Positions 1 through 9,910 of a stretch of 64,000 nt of DNA are shown piece by piece. The stretch is from Candidatus Obscuribacteraceae bacterium (GTDB lineage: Bacteria > Cyanobacteriota > Vampirovibrionia > Obscuribacterales > Obscuribacteraceae), in contig JBGAHS010000008.1 in assembly GCA_044226015.1 (NCBI GenBank), forward strand, positions 384,001 to 448,000, in the 5' to 3' direction. Position 1 is the first letter of the stretch, and each line of letters opens with the position of its first letter. Below the pieces are notes generated by a model. That model was not told where the DNA came from. It saw only the letters and a program-made list of their open reading frames with translations, and ran no database searches. A program made the translations under genes and the position numbers.

Positions 1-2
1 AC

Positions 3-3000
3 GAAAAAGTATTCAGGGGAGGGCAGGTCAGAGACGAAGCAGGAATGCAGGCCCTCAAAGACAGTGGCGTAAAAATCATTATCGACATGACTCAGCAGGG
101 CATCGATATTGAAAGGCAACTTGCAGAGCAATATGGCATGGAATACAGGCACATGCCCGTAGATTCAAACGCAAACGATCCAAAGCAAATCAAAGAAGTT
201 TTACGCGCTATTGAAGGAGCTTCAGGCAAGGTATTTGTTCATTGCGCTCACGGAAAAGACCGCACCGGTGCTGTGATAGGTTTGTACCGGCAGCTACATA
301 ATGAAGGCTGGTCGGCCGAACATGCCTTGCATGAAATGCATAATTTTGGTTGGCGAGGAGAGAAACCCGCCAATGTTCGCTTCGGTGAATTCCTCTCGAG
401 ACCGCAAGATTTTGATATCAGACAATCAAATGCAGGTAGCAGTGGCGGCGAAATGCGCAGCTGGAACTCAAGTGAGCGGGCATCATCTCCTGAGCTTTCA
501 GAGTTTCTTCAACGAAATGCCATGGCAAAAGATCTCACAGCAAAAGGATGTAATTGTAGCCAGGCTTTAAGCCAAGCACAGATTGAACTGGAGAAACGCA
601 GCTTCAGCGATCTGCGAGCCAAGCAAGCACTGCATGCCATTCAGTACTTGCAACAAGCAACAACTGAACGCCCTCGTGTCGAGTACTTATCCAGATTGAT
701 ACTCGCACAGGCAATGTATCCCGAACGCGATCTACAACTAGCCAATGCGATTAAACTTGATGCAAAAGCTCTGCAACAACAATTTAGAGAACTAGTAAGA
801 AGCGAATACCAAACCTTACCCCAGACCAACAACCAAAATGAGTGGTCTGACAGTAGAATCTCCGCGATTTCGAAAAGAAGTAAAATTCTCTCGCTGCTTG
901 GTGGAAGCGAGGATCCCAACCTACGATCGTCGTACCTGAAAGTGCGTGCAGAGCAAGACGCAGATCTTCGCGCCGCCTTTCGTGAAAAGGAAAAGCTAGA
1001 GCGGAAACTCGACACTGAAGAGCTTTCGGAAGCCGAAGATAATTTACGTCGCAAGCTAGGACCTGTGGTCAGACAAGAGTTAAAACGGGCTGCTGCTGAG
1101 CTAGAGGACTCAGCCCCAAACCTAGATACAACGGTACCGATAAATCTTAGATCTGGAGGCGACTTGACTCAGGGTCTTATCTTCAAGAAGTTACAAGAGG
1201 TACTTGAGAAACGTCCACGAGCCTTCCAAGAACAATATGTCTTGATTCCCCAGCTAGCAAAAACAGCTATTGATGATATTGGCGGCGACTTCATTCTATT
1301 AGACAAAAGAACGGGGAAATACATTCCAGTCGATGCCTCGCAAAAAGACAAATCTGACATTGGGCTCCCTGCAATTCGAAGTGAAAATGTGATTTCTGCG
1401 CCACCAATAAAGTGGCAAGGCAATCTAAATGAAATGTACAATCCGTCCTTTCCAGCCGAACATCTAAGAGAACCGCTAAGAGAATACCGACGGAGGAATT
1501 CTGACAAATGGGATAATTCCGACGACTGGCAGAAGCGCGATATTCTTCGCACATTACATATACAAGTGCAGTTTGAGAGAATTCTTGATGGGCAGCAGCG
1601 CAATGGCGCCAGCCTCGAAAACTCGCCACTCAACATAATTGACATGCCACCACCAAATCAATCAAGACCTGGCTTAGAAGCTCAGCAAAGTCACAAAGAT
1701 AGATTTGCCGAACTAATGTCAAAACCGGGTCACGAAAAGATCCAGAAAATTAAGGAATTTCTTCATGACCTCAACCAAACCAATCGAGAGTTGGCGACCT
1801 ATTTGCTTCAGGGAGAAGACACTTTTGCAAACCTTAGTCGGCAACTGAAAGAGAAAAGTGCGAACACAGGCAATGAGGAGCAAGCCGAAGCAAACGCACA
1901 ATTAGAAAGTCAGAGAAAACTCTTGCGCACATTTTTAGATCACACACATAGAAATGCCCAGGAGCACCTCGAGAGTTTTTCGAAAAAACTACACACTGAA
2001 TTGCTAAACGAGTTGCAGAAGATAAAGGACCCTGCAACACGAATGAAAGAGCTGGACACGTTCCTTAAAGGACCTGACGGCATAGCGCAGAAACGCAAAG
2101 AACAAGAAGATTACCTGACGAATCTAAGTCAATTGGCTAGTTCTACATCCATGATCGATAGAGACTCCGCAGCGATGATTCGTCAGTTTGCAACAACTCG
2201 CTACCGAATTGCTGACATTGAAAAGCAACTGAATATCTCCATAAAAGCAGCCGGTGGCAACACTGAAATGCGAAGCTGGAGCTCAAATGAGCAAGCTTCG
2301 GCACCTGAACTCTCGGAGTTTTTGCAACGCAACGCTATTCCTTCCCGCGCAGAAGCGCCTCCACTACCGACAAACGGAACCCCAGTCATCAAACCCGACT
2401 CGCAGGGATGGCTCTACAAAGACGAGCACGGAAAAGCGCAATATCTCTCAGACGACAAAACACCGGTTCATGTGACTGAAAACGTCACACTCTACGCCAT
2501 CGCTGGTAAGGCGACGCAATTCTTCGACAGCTCCCGAGGCTTCTTACGAGGGAAAGAAACCGAAGCTCAAGCGCACGGAACATCAGAAGTAGATGTCAGA
2601 GAAGGAGCAAGCATCACCGCCGACGGTGACGCCCGAGTGCATCTTCACGACAATGGGCGAGCAGTTCTCAGCGACAGAAGCGAAGCTGTAATTAGAAATA
2701 CATCAAGCGCGTCAGTGACCCCTGGACTGTTCAAAAGTCCGACCGTCCACGCCTATGACGATAGCAAGGTATTCGTTGCTAACCCCAGCAGTCTCTTCAT
2801 CAAGTCTACTCCCGCTAAGGTTACGCTGAACGACAACGCTTCAGCCATAGTCAGTGGACCGGCAGCTGTCACAGCTAACGGCACCAAAACCTTTGTCAAA
2901 GTAAACAGCGAAGGACATGGCAGCCAATTAAAGTTAAATGGTGCTACCGCAAAAGTGGAGAATGCCACAGTCATCATAAACGGTGATGGAGTTGTCAGAG

Positions 3001-3932
3001 TATCGGGAGACAAATCTCGCCTCGTTATAGATGCCGGCGACAAAGCACTAAAGATAATCGTGGAGGCAGGCAGCCCGCAAATAGAAATTAGAAATGGAAA
3101 AAATATCGAAATACAGACCGTAGAGTCCAGCAAGCCTGTCATCAGCAACACAACAGAGAATACGTTTCAACAACGCATCATCACAACTGATGGAAAAGAC
3201 TTAGGAAAGGTAAGTGAAATTCCTGCAGAAGGAAAATTGCTTTCGGATCGCAGCGGTCGTCCAAAGATTGCAGTAAATGCAGCATCGACCATGAAGCAGG
3301 TGATTGACACCATCCGAAAGGTAGACCCAGCACTGGCAGAGGAACTATTAGCAGAGCCTATGATGATAGTTCCAGATATGGGTAACGCAGCAAAAGGAAT
3401 TGTTCGGATAGTCTCAGCAGATGGAAGCGACGGAGGCAAAGTGAAGAGTATGCGCGAACTAATCGCTTCAGATGGAGCAAACTATCCACAACTAGACCTC
3501 GCAAATGCGCAGCATGAACTAGCAGGGCATAGGGCTTTCGACAGGTTTATGGATAAAGCTGTCGAACACAATCCGGTAGAGAAAGCGCAACTCGAAAAAA
3601 TACGCACTGACCTCCATCGGACCAACAACCAGATGCTAGCGAACCCGAATCCGGAAACACATGCTCGATATCTAAACTCGCCACCAGAGCTGGCAGCCGA
3701 TTACATTGCAGCAGCAACAACAGTTGCAAAAATGAAAGAGCAAATCAGCGAGCTGCAAAAAAGCAAACAACCCATACCGGCTGATTTAACTGAAACTTAT
3801 GAAAAGATGCTGGAGTACAAGCAGGCGCTGGATAAGTCCATCCACAAAGTACAACGCGATAACCCTTCAACTAAATTCTTCTTTGAAAAGGCCAGAGAAT
3901 TCTCAAATATTCTAACTGCATCGTGGAAATAA
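3..3932 (+). CDS. Large multidomain protein, 5'-truncated: Cys-based tyrosine/dual-specificity phosphatase domain, possible PD-(D/E)xK-like segment, beta-helix-like repeat region, C-terminal HExxGH zincin-like motif
   Basis: Frame is open from base 3 (EKVFRGGQ..., typical phosphatase yRggQ motif). CX5R loop HCAHGKDRTG; DIGGDFILLD...IPVDASQK; V/A/D/N-rich repeats at about aa 850-1010; QHELAGH followed by PELAADY. Confidence 0.75.
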   Translation, partial: EKVFRGGQVRDEAGMQALKDSGVKIIIDMTQQGIDIERQLAEQYGMEYRHMPVDSNANDPKQIKEVLRAIEGASGKVFVHCAHGKDRTGAVIGLYRQLHNEGWSAEHALHEMHNFGWRGEKPANVRFGEFLSRPQDFDIRQSNAGSSGGEMRSWNSSERASSPELSEFLQRNAMAKDLTAKGCNCSQALSQAQIELEKRSFSDLRAKQALHAIQYLQQATTERPRVEYLSRLILAQAMYPERDLQLANAIKLDAKALQQQFRELVRSEYQTLPQTNNQNEWSDSRISAISKRSKILSLLGGSEDPNLRSSYLKVRAEQDADLRAAFREKEKLERKLDTEELSEAEDNLRRKLGPVVRQELKRAAAELEDSAPNLDTTVPINLRSGGDLTQGLIFKKLQEVLEKRPRAFQEQYVLIPQLAKTAIDDIGGDFILLDKRTGKYIPVDASQKDKSDIGLPAIRSENVISAPPIKWQGNLNEMYNPSFPAEHLREPLREYRRRNSDKWDNSDDWQKRDILRTLHIQVQFERILDGQQRNGASLENSPLNIIDMPPPNQSRPGLEAQQSHKDRFAELMSKPGHEKIQKIKEFLHDLNQTNRELATYLLQGEDTFANLSRQLKEKSANTGNEEQAEANAQLESQRKLLRTFLDHTHRNAQEHLESFSKKLHTELLNELQKIKDPATRMKELDTFLKGPDGIAQKRKEQEDYLTNLSQLASSTSMIDRDSAAMIRQFATTRYRIADIEKQLNISIKAAGGNTEMRSWSSNEQASAPELSEFLQRNAIPSRAEAPPLPTNGTPVIKPDSQGWLYKDEHGKAQYLSDDKTPVHVTENVTLYAIAGKATQFFDSSRGFLRGKETEAQAHGTSEVDVREGASITADGDARVHLHDNGRAVLSDRSEAVIRNTSSASVTPGLFKSPTVHAYDDSKVFVANPSSLFIKSTPAKVTLNDNASAIVSGPAAVTANGTKTFVKVNSEGHGSQLKLNGATAKVENATVIINGDGVVRVSGDKSRLVIDAGDKALKIIVEAGSPQIEIRNGKNIEIQTVESSKPVISNTTENTFQQRIITTDGKDLGKVSEIPAEGKLLSDRSGRPKIAVNAASTMKQVIDTIRKVDPALAEELLAEPMMIVPDMGNAAKGIVRIVSADGSDGGKVKSMRELIASDGANYPQLDLANAQHELAGHRAFDRFMDKAVEHNPVEKAQLEKIRTDLHRTNNQMLANPNPETHARYLNSPPELAADYIAAATTVAKMKEQISELQKSKQPIPADLTETYEKMLEYKQALDKSIHKVQRDNPSTKFFFEKAREFSNILTASWK

Positions 3933-3965
3933 AATTGCGCCGAACAAGTACGAGGCAACTAAAAA

Positions 3966-4892
3966 TTAGTTGCCGTAGCGTTTAGCTTCGATTACGGACT
4001 GAACTTTGTTCGGCACTTTGGAGAGGAAATTGTAGCCAGTGTGCTTCTCAATTTCATCGACAGTAGTGACATATTTGCGCCAATCGTCGCGCATCATGCC
4101 TGTTTCGTTTGGAATTTCAATTGCTATCACTTCAGTCTTTTCATTTACATCAGCAAGACCCATGCCTTTTTCAGGCAACACAACGACAACCTTGAACCAT
4201 GACTCTGGAACATTGACGCCATCACCAATGGTGCCCTTGCTTCCGCGGCTACCGGCAACAATGTACAATTCTTTGCCTTCTTTAGCCAGGTCGCGACTGT
4301 AGCTTTCCAACTTTTCCCACGGACCGCGGTTGTTGTCACCAGTCTGCGGTGCAATGTTGCTCATCAAAAATGTCGCTTCATTGTCGGTTTTAGATCTGGT
4401 GCGATCGCCTGATGGAACATTGTGCCCTCTGTCATAACCGGTGCCTTTGTAGTCGCCAGGTTGGGCACGGTCAAAACCTGCAGGCAGCGAATCATCCGCT
4501 GTAAATTGTCCAGCACGACCAGAACTGCCAATCCAATCTGAGTCTAACTGCCATGACGCCCAGTTAGGCGTTTTGTGGTCCTTATTATAGGACAGCACAT
4601 ATTGGTCTTTTAGAACTAGATAATTATTCGCGTGGCTCTGGTCTGCTCTGGCATCACTCGGATTGCCCAAAGCGAGATTAGGATTTTTCGAGCCGTCATC
4701 AGCTGTTCTGGCGCCACTATTGAAGAACGAAACATCGGGAAGTATCGATTTCACGATCGACGAATTGGCGAAGTCAGAGGCTTTCTCTTTCATCAAATCA
4801 AGAAACGAACTGGACAAGGACGGTGCCGCAGACTTGTCACCAACGCTATCTAGATTTTTGTTCGACTCAGAAACCAGCTCTAAATTGCCCAT
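3966..4892 (-). CDS. nucA: DNA/RNA non-specific endonuclease (NucA/Serratia His-Me family)
   Basis: YDRGHNVPSGDR active-site motif, LALGNPS, PNWASWQL, TFLMSNIAPQ, NRGPW. Hydrophilic N-terminal extension rather than a signal peptide. Confidence 0.9.
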   Translation of the reverse strand: MGNLELVSESNKNLDSVGDKSAAPSLSSSFLDLMKEKASDFANSSIVKSILPDVSFFNSGARTADDGSKNPNLALGNPSDARADQSHANNYLVLKDQYVLSYNKDHKTPNWASWQLDSDWIGSSGRAGQFTADDSLPAGFDRAQPGDYKGTGYDRGHNVPSGDRTRSKTDNEATFLMSNIAPQTGDNNRGPWEKLESYSRDLAKEGKELYIVAGSRGSKGTIGDGVNVPESWFKVVVVLPEKGMGLADVNEKTEVIAIEIPNETGMMRDDWRKYVTTVDEIEKHTGYNFLSKVPNKVQSVIEAKRYGN

Positions 4893-5083
4893 GATTTTAC
4901 GCCTCAGTTAAAAATGACTCGGTGGAGCGTCCGAACGTTGACTACAATCAAGCTATAAGACACCGCTTGATTGATGGGGGACTCAGACAATCGTTCAACT
5001 ATTGCATCTATACATCGGGCTTATGTTTTTGGTCACGCAAAACTGATAATGAGATTTTTCTTCTCTTACCAAATCAAGTTCCA

Positions 5084-5542
5084 CTATGACTGCGGCTTTT
5101 TGCTCCTCGGAGCAGCACGCTTTACCGACTTTTTTGGCTTTTGAGAGCGCGCCAAATTCAGCTCCACGGCTTCGCTCGAACTTCCATCTTTGGCTTTCTT
5201 CGCTCCGTTTTTTTTCCAAGACAACCGAATGCGCTTCGGCAGCCGCTCTTCTTCTAATTGGCGTCCCAATAAATCTTCATTTGCGTCAGCGAGATTACTC
5301 ACGCGATCAAGCAATCCAAGAATGAACAACACAGTTATGTAGGTTCCGACAGCAACGGTAGGATCTCCATTCTCTACGTTATACAAAGTAGTTCTGCTAA
5401 TCGACGCTCGGGCTGCGAGCAGTTCTGTTGGTATCCTTCGACGCAGCCTTGCGTCTCTGATATCTTGCCCAAGCTTACGCAAAGCTCTCAAAACGGGGGC
5501 TGGTGTTTTAGAAATCGGTACACGTGCGTTCATAGCGTCCAT
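5084..5542 (-). CDS. XRE/HipB-like helix-turn-helix regulator
   Basis: LGQDIRDARLRRR...LAARASISRTTLYNVENGDPTV HTH; C-terminal LEEERLPKRIR resembles antitoxins encoded before hipA-type genes. Confidence 0.8.
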   Translation of the reverse strand: MDAMNARVPISKTPAPVLRALRKLGQDIRDARLRRRIPTELLAARASISRTTLYNVENGDPTVAVGTYITVLFILGLLDRVSNLADANEDLLGRQLEEERLPKRIRLSWKKNGAKKAKDGSSSEAVELNLARSQKPKKSVKRAAPRSKKPQS

Positions 5543-5670
5543 AATAGCTAACGATAATGAATTTAATGTCTAATTTACTGAACATTATAACATAGAATTC
5601 AGGTTTCAACTGCTTGCTTATTGTTCATTATTGTGAACCATAAAGAATTTAGAGTTTACTATAGCAAACA
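5536..5670. promoter_or_regulatory. Four 18-bp imperfect palindromes (about tGTTcA-N6-tgAACa) upstream of the HTH gene; probable autoregulatory operators
   Basis: Sites at 5536 cgtcca-taatag-ctaacg, 5567 tgtcta-atttac-tgaaca, 5622 tgttca-ttattg-tgaacc, 5653 agttta-ctatag-caaaca; spacing 31/55/31 bp. Confidence 0.55.
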
Positions 5671-5748
5671 CTAATAAAGCAGATCTTCAAAGTGCCAAAC
5701 AACTTGCATTCACTGCGCATCCATTTCGAAACTCCTGCAAATGCGGAC

Positions 5749-5815
5749 CGCTTGCATTACGCTGACGGCTTGCATTACGCTGACGGCTTGCAATATGGGA
5801 GTGCTTGCATTACAG
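5749..5815. repeat. Short tandem repeat, 18-bp unit gcttgcattacgctgacg
   Basis: Two exact copies plus degenerate flanking copies containing cttgca. Confidence 0.75.
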
Positions 5816-5942
5816 ACTACCAAAACCAGTCGCTTGCATACCGAGCAAGAATTTAGCTCGATAACAACAAAGTAGCCTCACAAAACAAATTGTATTGCGC
5901 GTATTTTCAAATCGACCATTCCTCGATATACTAAAAAAATCA

Positions 5943-6038
5943 ATGACTCAGGAAAGCCATATCATGGTGTTTAGCAATCAGCCAAATAGCCAACAGAACA
6001 AGGGGCATAACTCCTTGTCAGTTCTCGCGGGTGATTGA
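5943..6038 (+). CDS. Putative leader peptide MTQESHIMVFSNQPNSQQNKGHNSLSVLAGD (alternative start 5964)
   Basis: Short ORF lies between a TATACT -10-like hexamer (5927-5932) and a terminator hairpin; its 3' end can pair with the terminator 5' arm. Confidence 0.4.
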   Translation: MTQESHIMVFSNQPNSQQNKGHNSLSVLAGD

Positions 6039-6064
6039 GAGTAGATTGAATCTCATTCTTACTG

Positions 6065-6100
6065 AAAGCCCGTGGATCGCAAGACTCACGGGCTTTTAGT
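6065..6100 (+). terminator. Intrinsic terminator-like hairpin in the RNA ligase leader (attenuator)
   Basis: aaagcccgtg ... tc-GCAA-ga ... cacgggcttt-tagtt; 10-bp perfect stem, GNRA loop, T-rich tail, about 95 bp before the start codon. Confidence 0.65.
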
Positions 6101-6192
6101 TCAAGCACCCGGTATAGCATCACGCGTCATTGATAAAACAAACCCAACGGCTAGCCGCTGGACAATAAGCACAAACACAAAGGAGTCGAATC

Positions 6193-6996
6193 ATGCCTTT
6201 CGACATTCAAAAAATTGATCTACAGAAGCTAAACAGTTTGACGAAATATCCGTCAATTCTGACTTATCACAGCCTGGTTGATCGCGGACTACTCGAAGAA
6301 ACTGTGCAAATTCACTTCGAAGGACGTGTGTTTGGAACAGAAAAAGTTGATGGCACAAACTGTCGCATCGTGTTCTGCCCCGACAAAAGCGTAATTGTAG
6401 GTAGCCGGGAAGACTTCCTCTGGGAGCGTCGTGATCTAATCGGCAACCCCGCCATGGGCATTGTTGACGCGGTTAAGGAAACGGTAAGAACGAAATATGA
6501 AGCACTCTATGACTCTGATGCAATCAAGGTTTACTACCTTGAAGTATTCGGTAAGTCTATTGGTGCAGCAGCGAAGAACTACACCAAATCTGGTGCAGTT
6601 AGCTTTCGTCTTTTTGATGTAAACATCATCAAGAACTACGAAGAGCTGCTTGCTCTGCCAACAGACAAAATCTCACACTGGCGTGAGAACGGTGGTCAGC
6701 CATTCGTGCCTGTTGAGCAACTAAGAACTGAAGCCGAAAAAGCAGGCTTCACTTTGGTGCCCGCACTTTTCGAAATGGATGCATCAGAGCTACCAACTGA
6801 GCTCGAAGCAACGTACAAGTTCTTGCTGACGCAAAGCGCAACGCAATGCAAGTTGGACGACGAAGCAGAAGGAATTCCCGAAGGCTTCGTAGTTCGTTCT
6901 GCAGATCGCAGCCGCATTGCGAAAATTCGTAGAGAAGACTACGAGAGAACAATGAAAAAAGGAAAGATGAAAGCGAAGGTGACAAGCGGAACTTGA
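6193..6996 (+). CDS. ATP-dependent RNA ligase family protein (Rnl2-like nucleotidyltransferase domain)
   Basis: Motifs I TEKVDGTN, III EVFG, IIIa FRLFDV, IV EGFVVR, V AKIR; N-terminal KYPSI; RBS AAGGAG. Confidence 0.85.
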   Translation: MPFDIQKIDLQKLNSLTKYPSILTYHSLVDRGLLEETVQIHFEGRVFGTEKVDGTNCRIVFCPDKSVIVGSREDFLWERRDLIGNPAMGIVDAVKETVRTKYEALYDSDAIKVYYLEVFGKSIGAAAKNYTKSGAVSFRLFDVNIIKNYEELLALPTDKISHWRENGGQPFVPVEQLRTEAEKAGFTLVPALFEMDASELPTELEATYKFLLTQSATQCKLDDEAEGIPEGFVVRSADRSRIAKIRREDYERTMKKGKMKAKVTSGT

Positions 6997-7394
6997 AACC
7001 AATCGCTGGCATATTTCGTCTGACACCAGAGTTATTGCAGTTCCAGTCAAAATGGACTGGAGCTGCATCTTTACTTAATGAGTCGAGGTCGCTGATTCAG
7101 AGGGAATTTACGACTGTACCAGCCGGGCAAACACTCAAGGTCGAAATGCCCTACTCCTGGACGATCAGCAAACGGATATTTCCATTAGAATCAGAATCAA
7201 GTAAGACTATATAAGGTTAAATTGTCCTCGCGTTCCCGAAAACCCGCGAATTAACACTGGTACGGAACTTCAGTCAAATGCAATGGCATTAGCGCTAACT
7301 CGCGTGCGGGCTCAGCTGGGTGTAATCACCGATGCTGACTGCTTAAACGGCGGTTATGCTAAGCTGGGCGAATTAAACAAGCGGGGGCTTACTC

Positions 7395-8315
7395 ATGAAA
7401 TGCCTGGTCATAGCTGCTACGGGATACATCGGAAATGCAGTCGCTGAGCGATTGCTGCAGGAAAATTATTCGGTAACTGGCAGCACACGGTCGTATGATG
7501 CTGCACACAAACTCAAGTTCAAGGGCATCGACCCCATGGTAGCCAGCATTGAAGACCAGGGCAACATCATTCAGGCCCTACCAGAGACTGATGTCATCGT
7601 TTACTGTGCGTACGGCTACAACTCGATGGAAAATGCACAGCACGAAGTTACGACTGGAACCACCCATCTTGATGATATTTTGAAGGCGCTTGCAAATACG
7701 GGTAAGACCTTCATTTTGACGAGCGGAACGGGCGTCATACCTGACAGCAGGGACCTTCTTTATGATGAAGAGACACCTCTGCCACCGACAGATTCACCGG
7801 TAGTCCTGGCTCGTCGCAACTTGGAAAAAAGAATTCAGGACGCCGCGAACGAAGGCATAAGAGGAATAGTTCTGCGCCCACCATGCGTGCACGGACGAAA
7901 CGGCAGCTTCATTGTGCCGCGTTATCTCCTGGATTATGCGATGCGTGCCGGCGAATCAATCTATGTAGAAGGAAGCGAAAACAACAAACGCTCTGCGGTC
8001 CACGTAGATGATTTTGCGGACCTGGTGGTTCTAGCAATTCAAAAAGCACAAGCGGGAGCCCTCTATTGCAGTGCCGCCGAATATGGTGTCACCACGCTTT
8101 CAATCGCAGAGGCTGTAAGTCGCAAAACTGGCATCGGGGGAAAGGCGACACCGGTTTCGCTGGAACGTGCTCGCGAAATTTTCGGTCACTGGGGCGATTG
8201 GTGGAACATGAACAGTCAATGCACAGGCGACCTCGCCCGCAAGGAATTGGGCTGGAACCCAAAGAGGTTGAGTTTACTCGAAGACATCGAGCAAGGATCT
8301 TACGCTTCTGTTTAA
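7395..8315 (+). CDS. NAD-dependent epimerase/dehydratase (atypical SDR)
   Basis: N-terminal VIAATGYIG Rossmann motif, FILTSG, VLRPP, VHVDD, ARKELGW. Confidence 0.88.
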   Translation: MKCLVIAATGYIGNAVAERLLQENYSVTGSTRSYDAAHKLKFKGIDPMVASIEDQGNIIQALPETDVIVYCAYGYNSMENAQHEVTTGTTHLDDILKALANTGKTFILTSGTGVIPDSRDLLYDEETPLPPTDSPVVLARRNLEKRIQDAANEGIRGIVLRPPCVHGRNGSFIVPRYLLDYAMRAGESIYVEGSENNKRSAVHVDDFADLVVLAIQKAQAGALYCSAAEYGVTTLSIAEAVSRKTGIGGKATPVSLERAREIFGHWGDWWNMNSQCTGDLARKELGWNPKRLSLLEDIEQGSYASV

Positions 8316-8390
8316 GTTCTCAACTCAATCTATATTCACGCGAGATGACCCGTCAGATTCTTATGTATAGGGTCTTCTCCCGAACACTTT

Positions 8391-8522
8391 CACAAGAATG
8401 CACAGCAGCGCAAGAGTGCACAGAAGCTCAAATGCGCGAAAGCACAGAAGCACAAGAACGCACATAAGCACATAAGCACATAAGCACAAGAACGCAAGAA
8501 TGCACAGAAGCACAAAGCGCAA
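8391..8522. repeat. Low-complexity tandem array of about 8-9-bp gcaca(a/t/g)aa units
   Basis: gcacataa x3, gcacagaa and gcacaagaa repeated. Confidence 0.7.
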
Positions 8523-8555
8523 AAGGAAGCTGCTTCGTCAAAAGCAGCCTCCTTG
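8521..8555. terminator. Hairpin, probable terminator between convergent genes
   Basis: aaggaagctgctt-cgtcaa-aagcagcctcctt with an A-run on the left (T tail on the minus strand). Confidence 0.55.
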
Positions 8556-8737
8556 ATCTTTGATTAGGGAAACGGTGAGCCGGGCAGCCCCCTTGCCACC
8601 CAGGCAGGTAATTGTCCTCCTTTTCCTATTTGTCAGTTGCTTAGATGGGTCAATAAACTCACTGAGTTCTAATCGCGAATGGTTAACTCAGCACAGCTAA
8701 CCATTTGCCAGCACTATTGAGTGCACAAAAATTTAGC

Positions 8738-9211
8738 TCATGCGTACTGCAGCTCAGAGCTGCCATCAACCACGTTATTAGCCCAGTTCAACAAATCTTG
8801 CCCAAGACTTGCGACATTCTTTCTTGAAAGAATACCTTCGCGTGTTTGAATGGCACGGCAACTGATGTATGGATTCGCATCGTCAACGAGTTTTTCGAGC
8901 AATTCCATCGGAGTGCTAAAGTCTATTGCCAGCCCGAGCCGCACATTCGGATCCTCATCGAAAGCCAGTGCCAGACTTACTGGCAACGGCGTCTCTGGGT
9001 TGGTTGCAACAGCTATACGCACATCAGGGTTGTTGTCTTTAGCAAGCAGTTCTAAAACATGGTGCGGCGAATTAGGATTCTCAGCGACTCGCAATCTAAT
9101 CCGATCATACTTACTCTTCGCAAGCTCTTCCATCTCCTCCACAGCACAGTCCGCGCTGCCAGCTTTTATGTAGTCAGAAAAAATCTCACCACAACTTTTC
9201 ACATCAATCAT
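8738..9211 (-). CDS. HEAT/leucine-rich-variant (LRV) repeat protein
   Basis: Repeats RLRVAENPNSP..LELLAKD, VRIAVATNPETP..LAFD, VRLGLA...TP..LLEKL. Confidence 0.8.
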   Translation of the reverse strand: MIDVKSCGEIFSDYIKAGSADCAVEEMEELAKSKYDRIRLRVAENPNSPHHVLELLAKDNNPDVRIAVATNPETPLPVSLALAFDEDPNVRLGLAIDFSTPMELLEKLVDDANPYISCRAIQTREGILSRKNVASLGQDLLNWANNVVDGSSELQYA

Positions 9212-9910
9212 AGGCGGAACCTCCTTCAGTCTATTCAGCTAGGTTCGGCAAAATTGCCGCGTTAAGAAAAATAGCCATCTAGAGATTCGGTCTGAGAAAC
9301 CGAGGATCTCTTTGGCACAACTTTCAGCAGGGCAGCCCCAAAGGCTTGAGGCTGCCACTTCTCTGCTGTTACCAACCTGGTGGGTCGGTATTATCATGCG
9401 TTGGAACTATTCAAATTTATCTTTCGCCAAACTACTCAAACCCTCCATAGAAAAGGAATTTGTAATCAAAACGAAGGATATTGAACCTTCCAATCTCATT
9501 ATTTACCAAAAATTTTCCCGCTGTCAACAACCGTTAATAATTTCTTCACGATCCCCTCTGCCCTTACCAAAAGAGCATCCCGGGACCGCTTCTAAGCACG
9601 AAGCCCGAAACCTAGAAATTTCGAAGCTCTCCTAAAAGTTTAAAAAATCCTGCAAAGCTAAAAGAGAGAATTGAGACCTAGGTACCATATGTGGTGTGAG
9701 CATTCATTCAAGTCAAACAATAAGAATGATTCCTCATAGATTCAGATCCAAATCGGAAAGTCAATTCATAAAACAAGCGCCTGAGCTGTTCCTATGACTA
9801 AAAGACAAAGCGATACTCACAAAGGTTACAAGAAGACAAACACCGCATTTAGTACCAGTGTCATCAACAGCCAGACGCAATAAACTGTTTTTGAGTAGGA
9901 GGATACTAAT

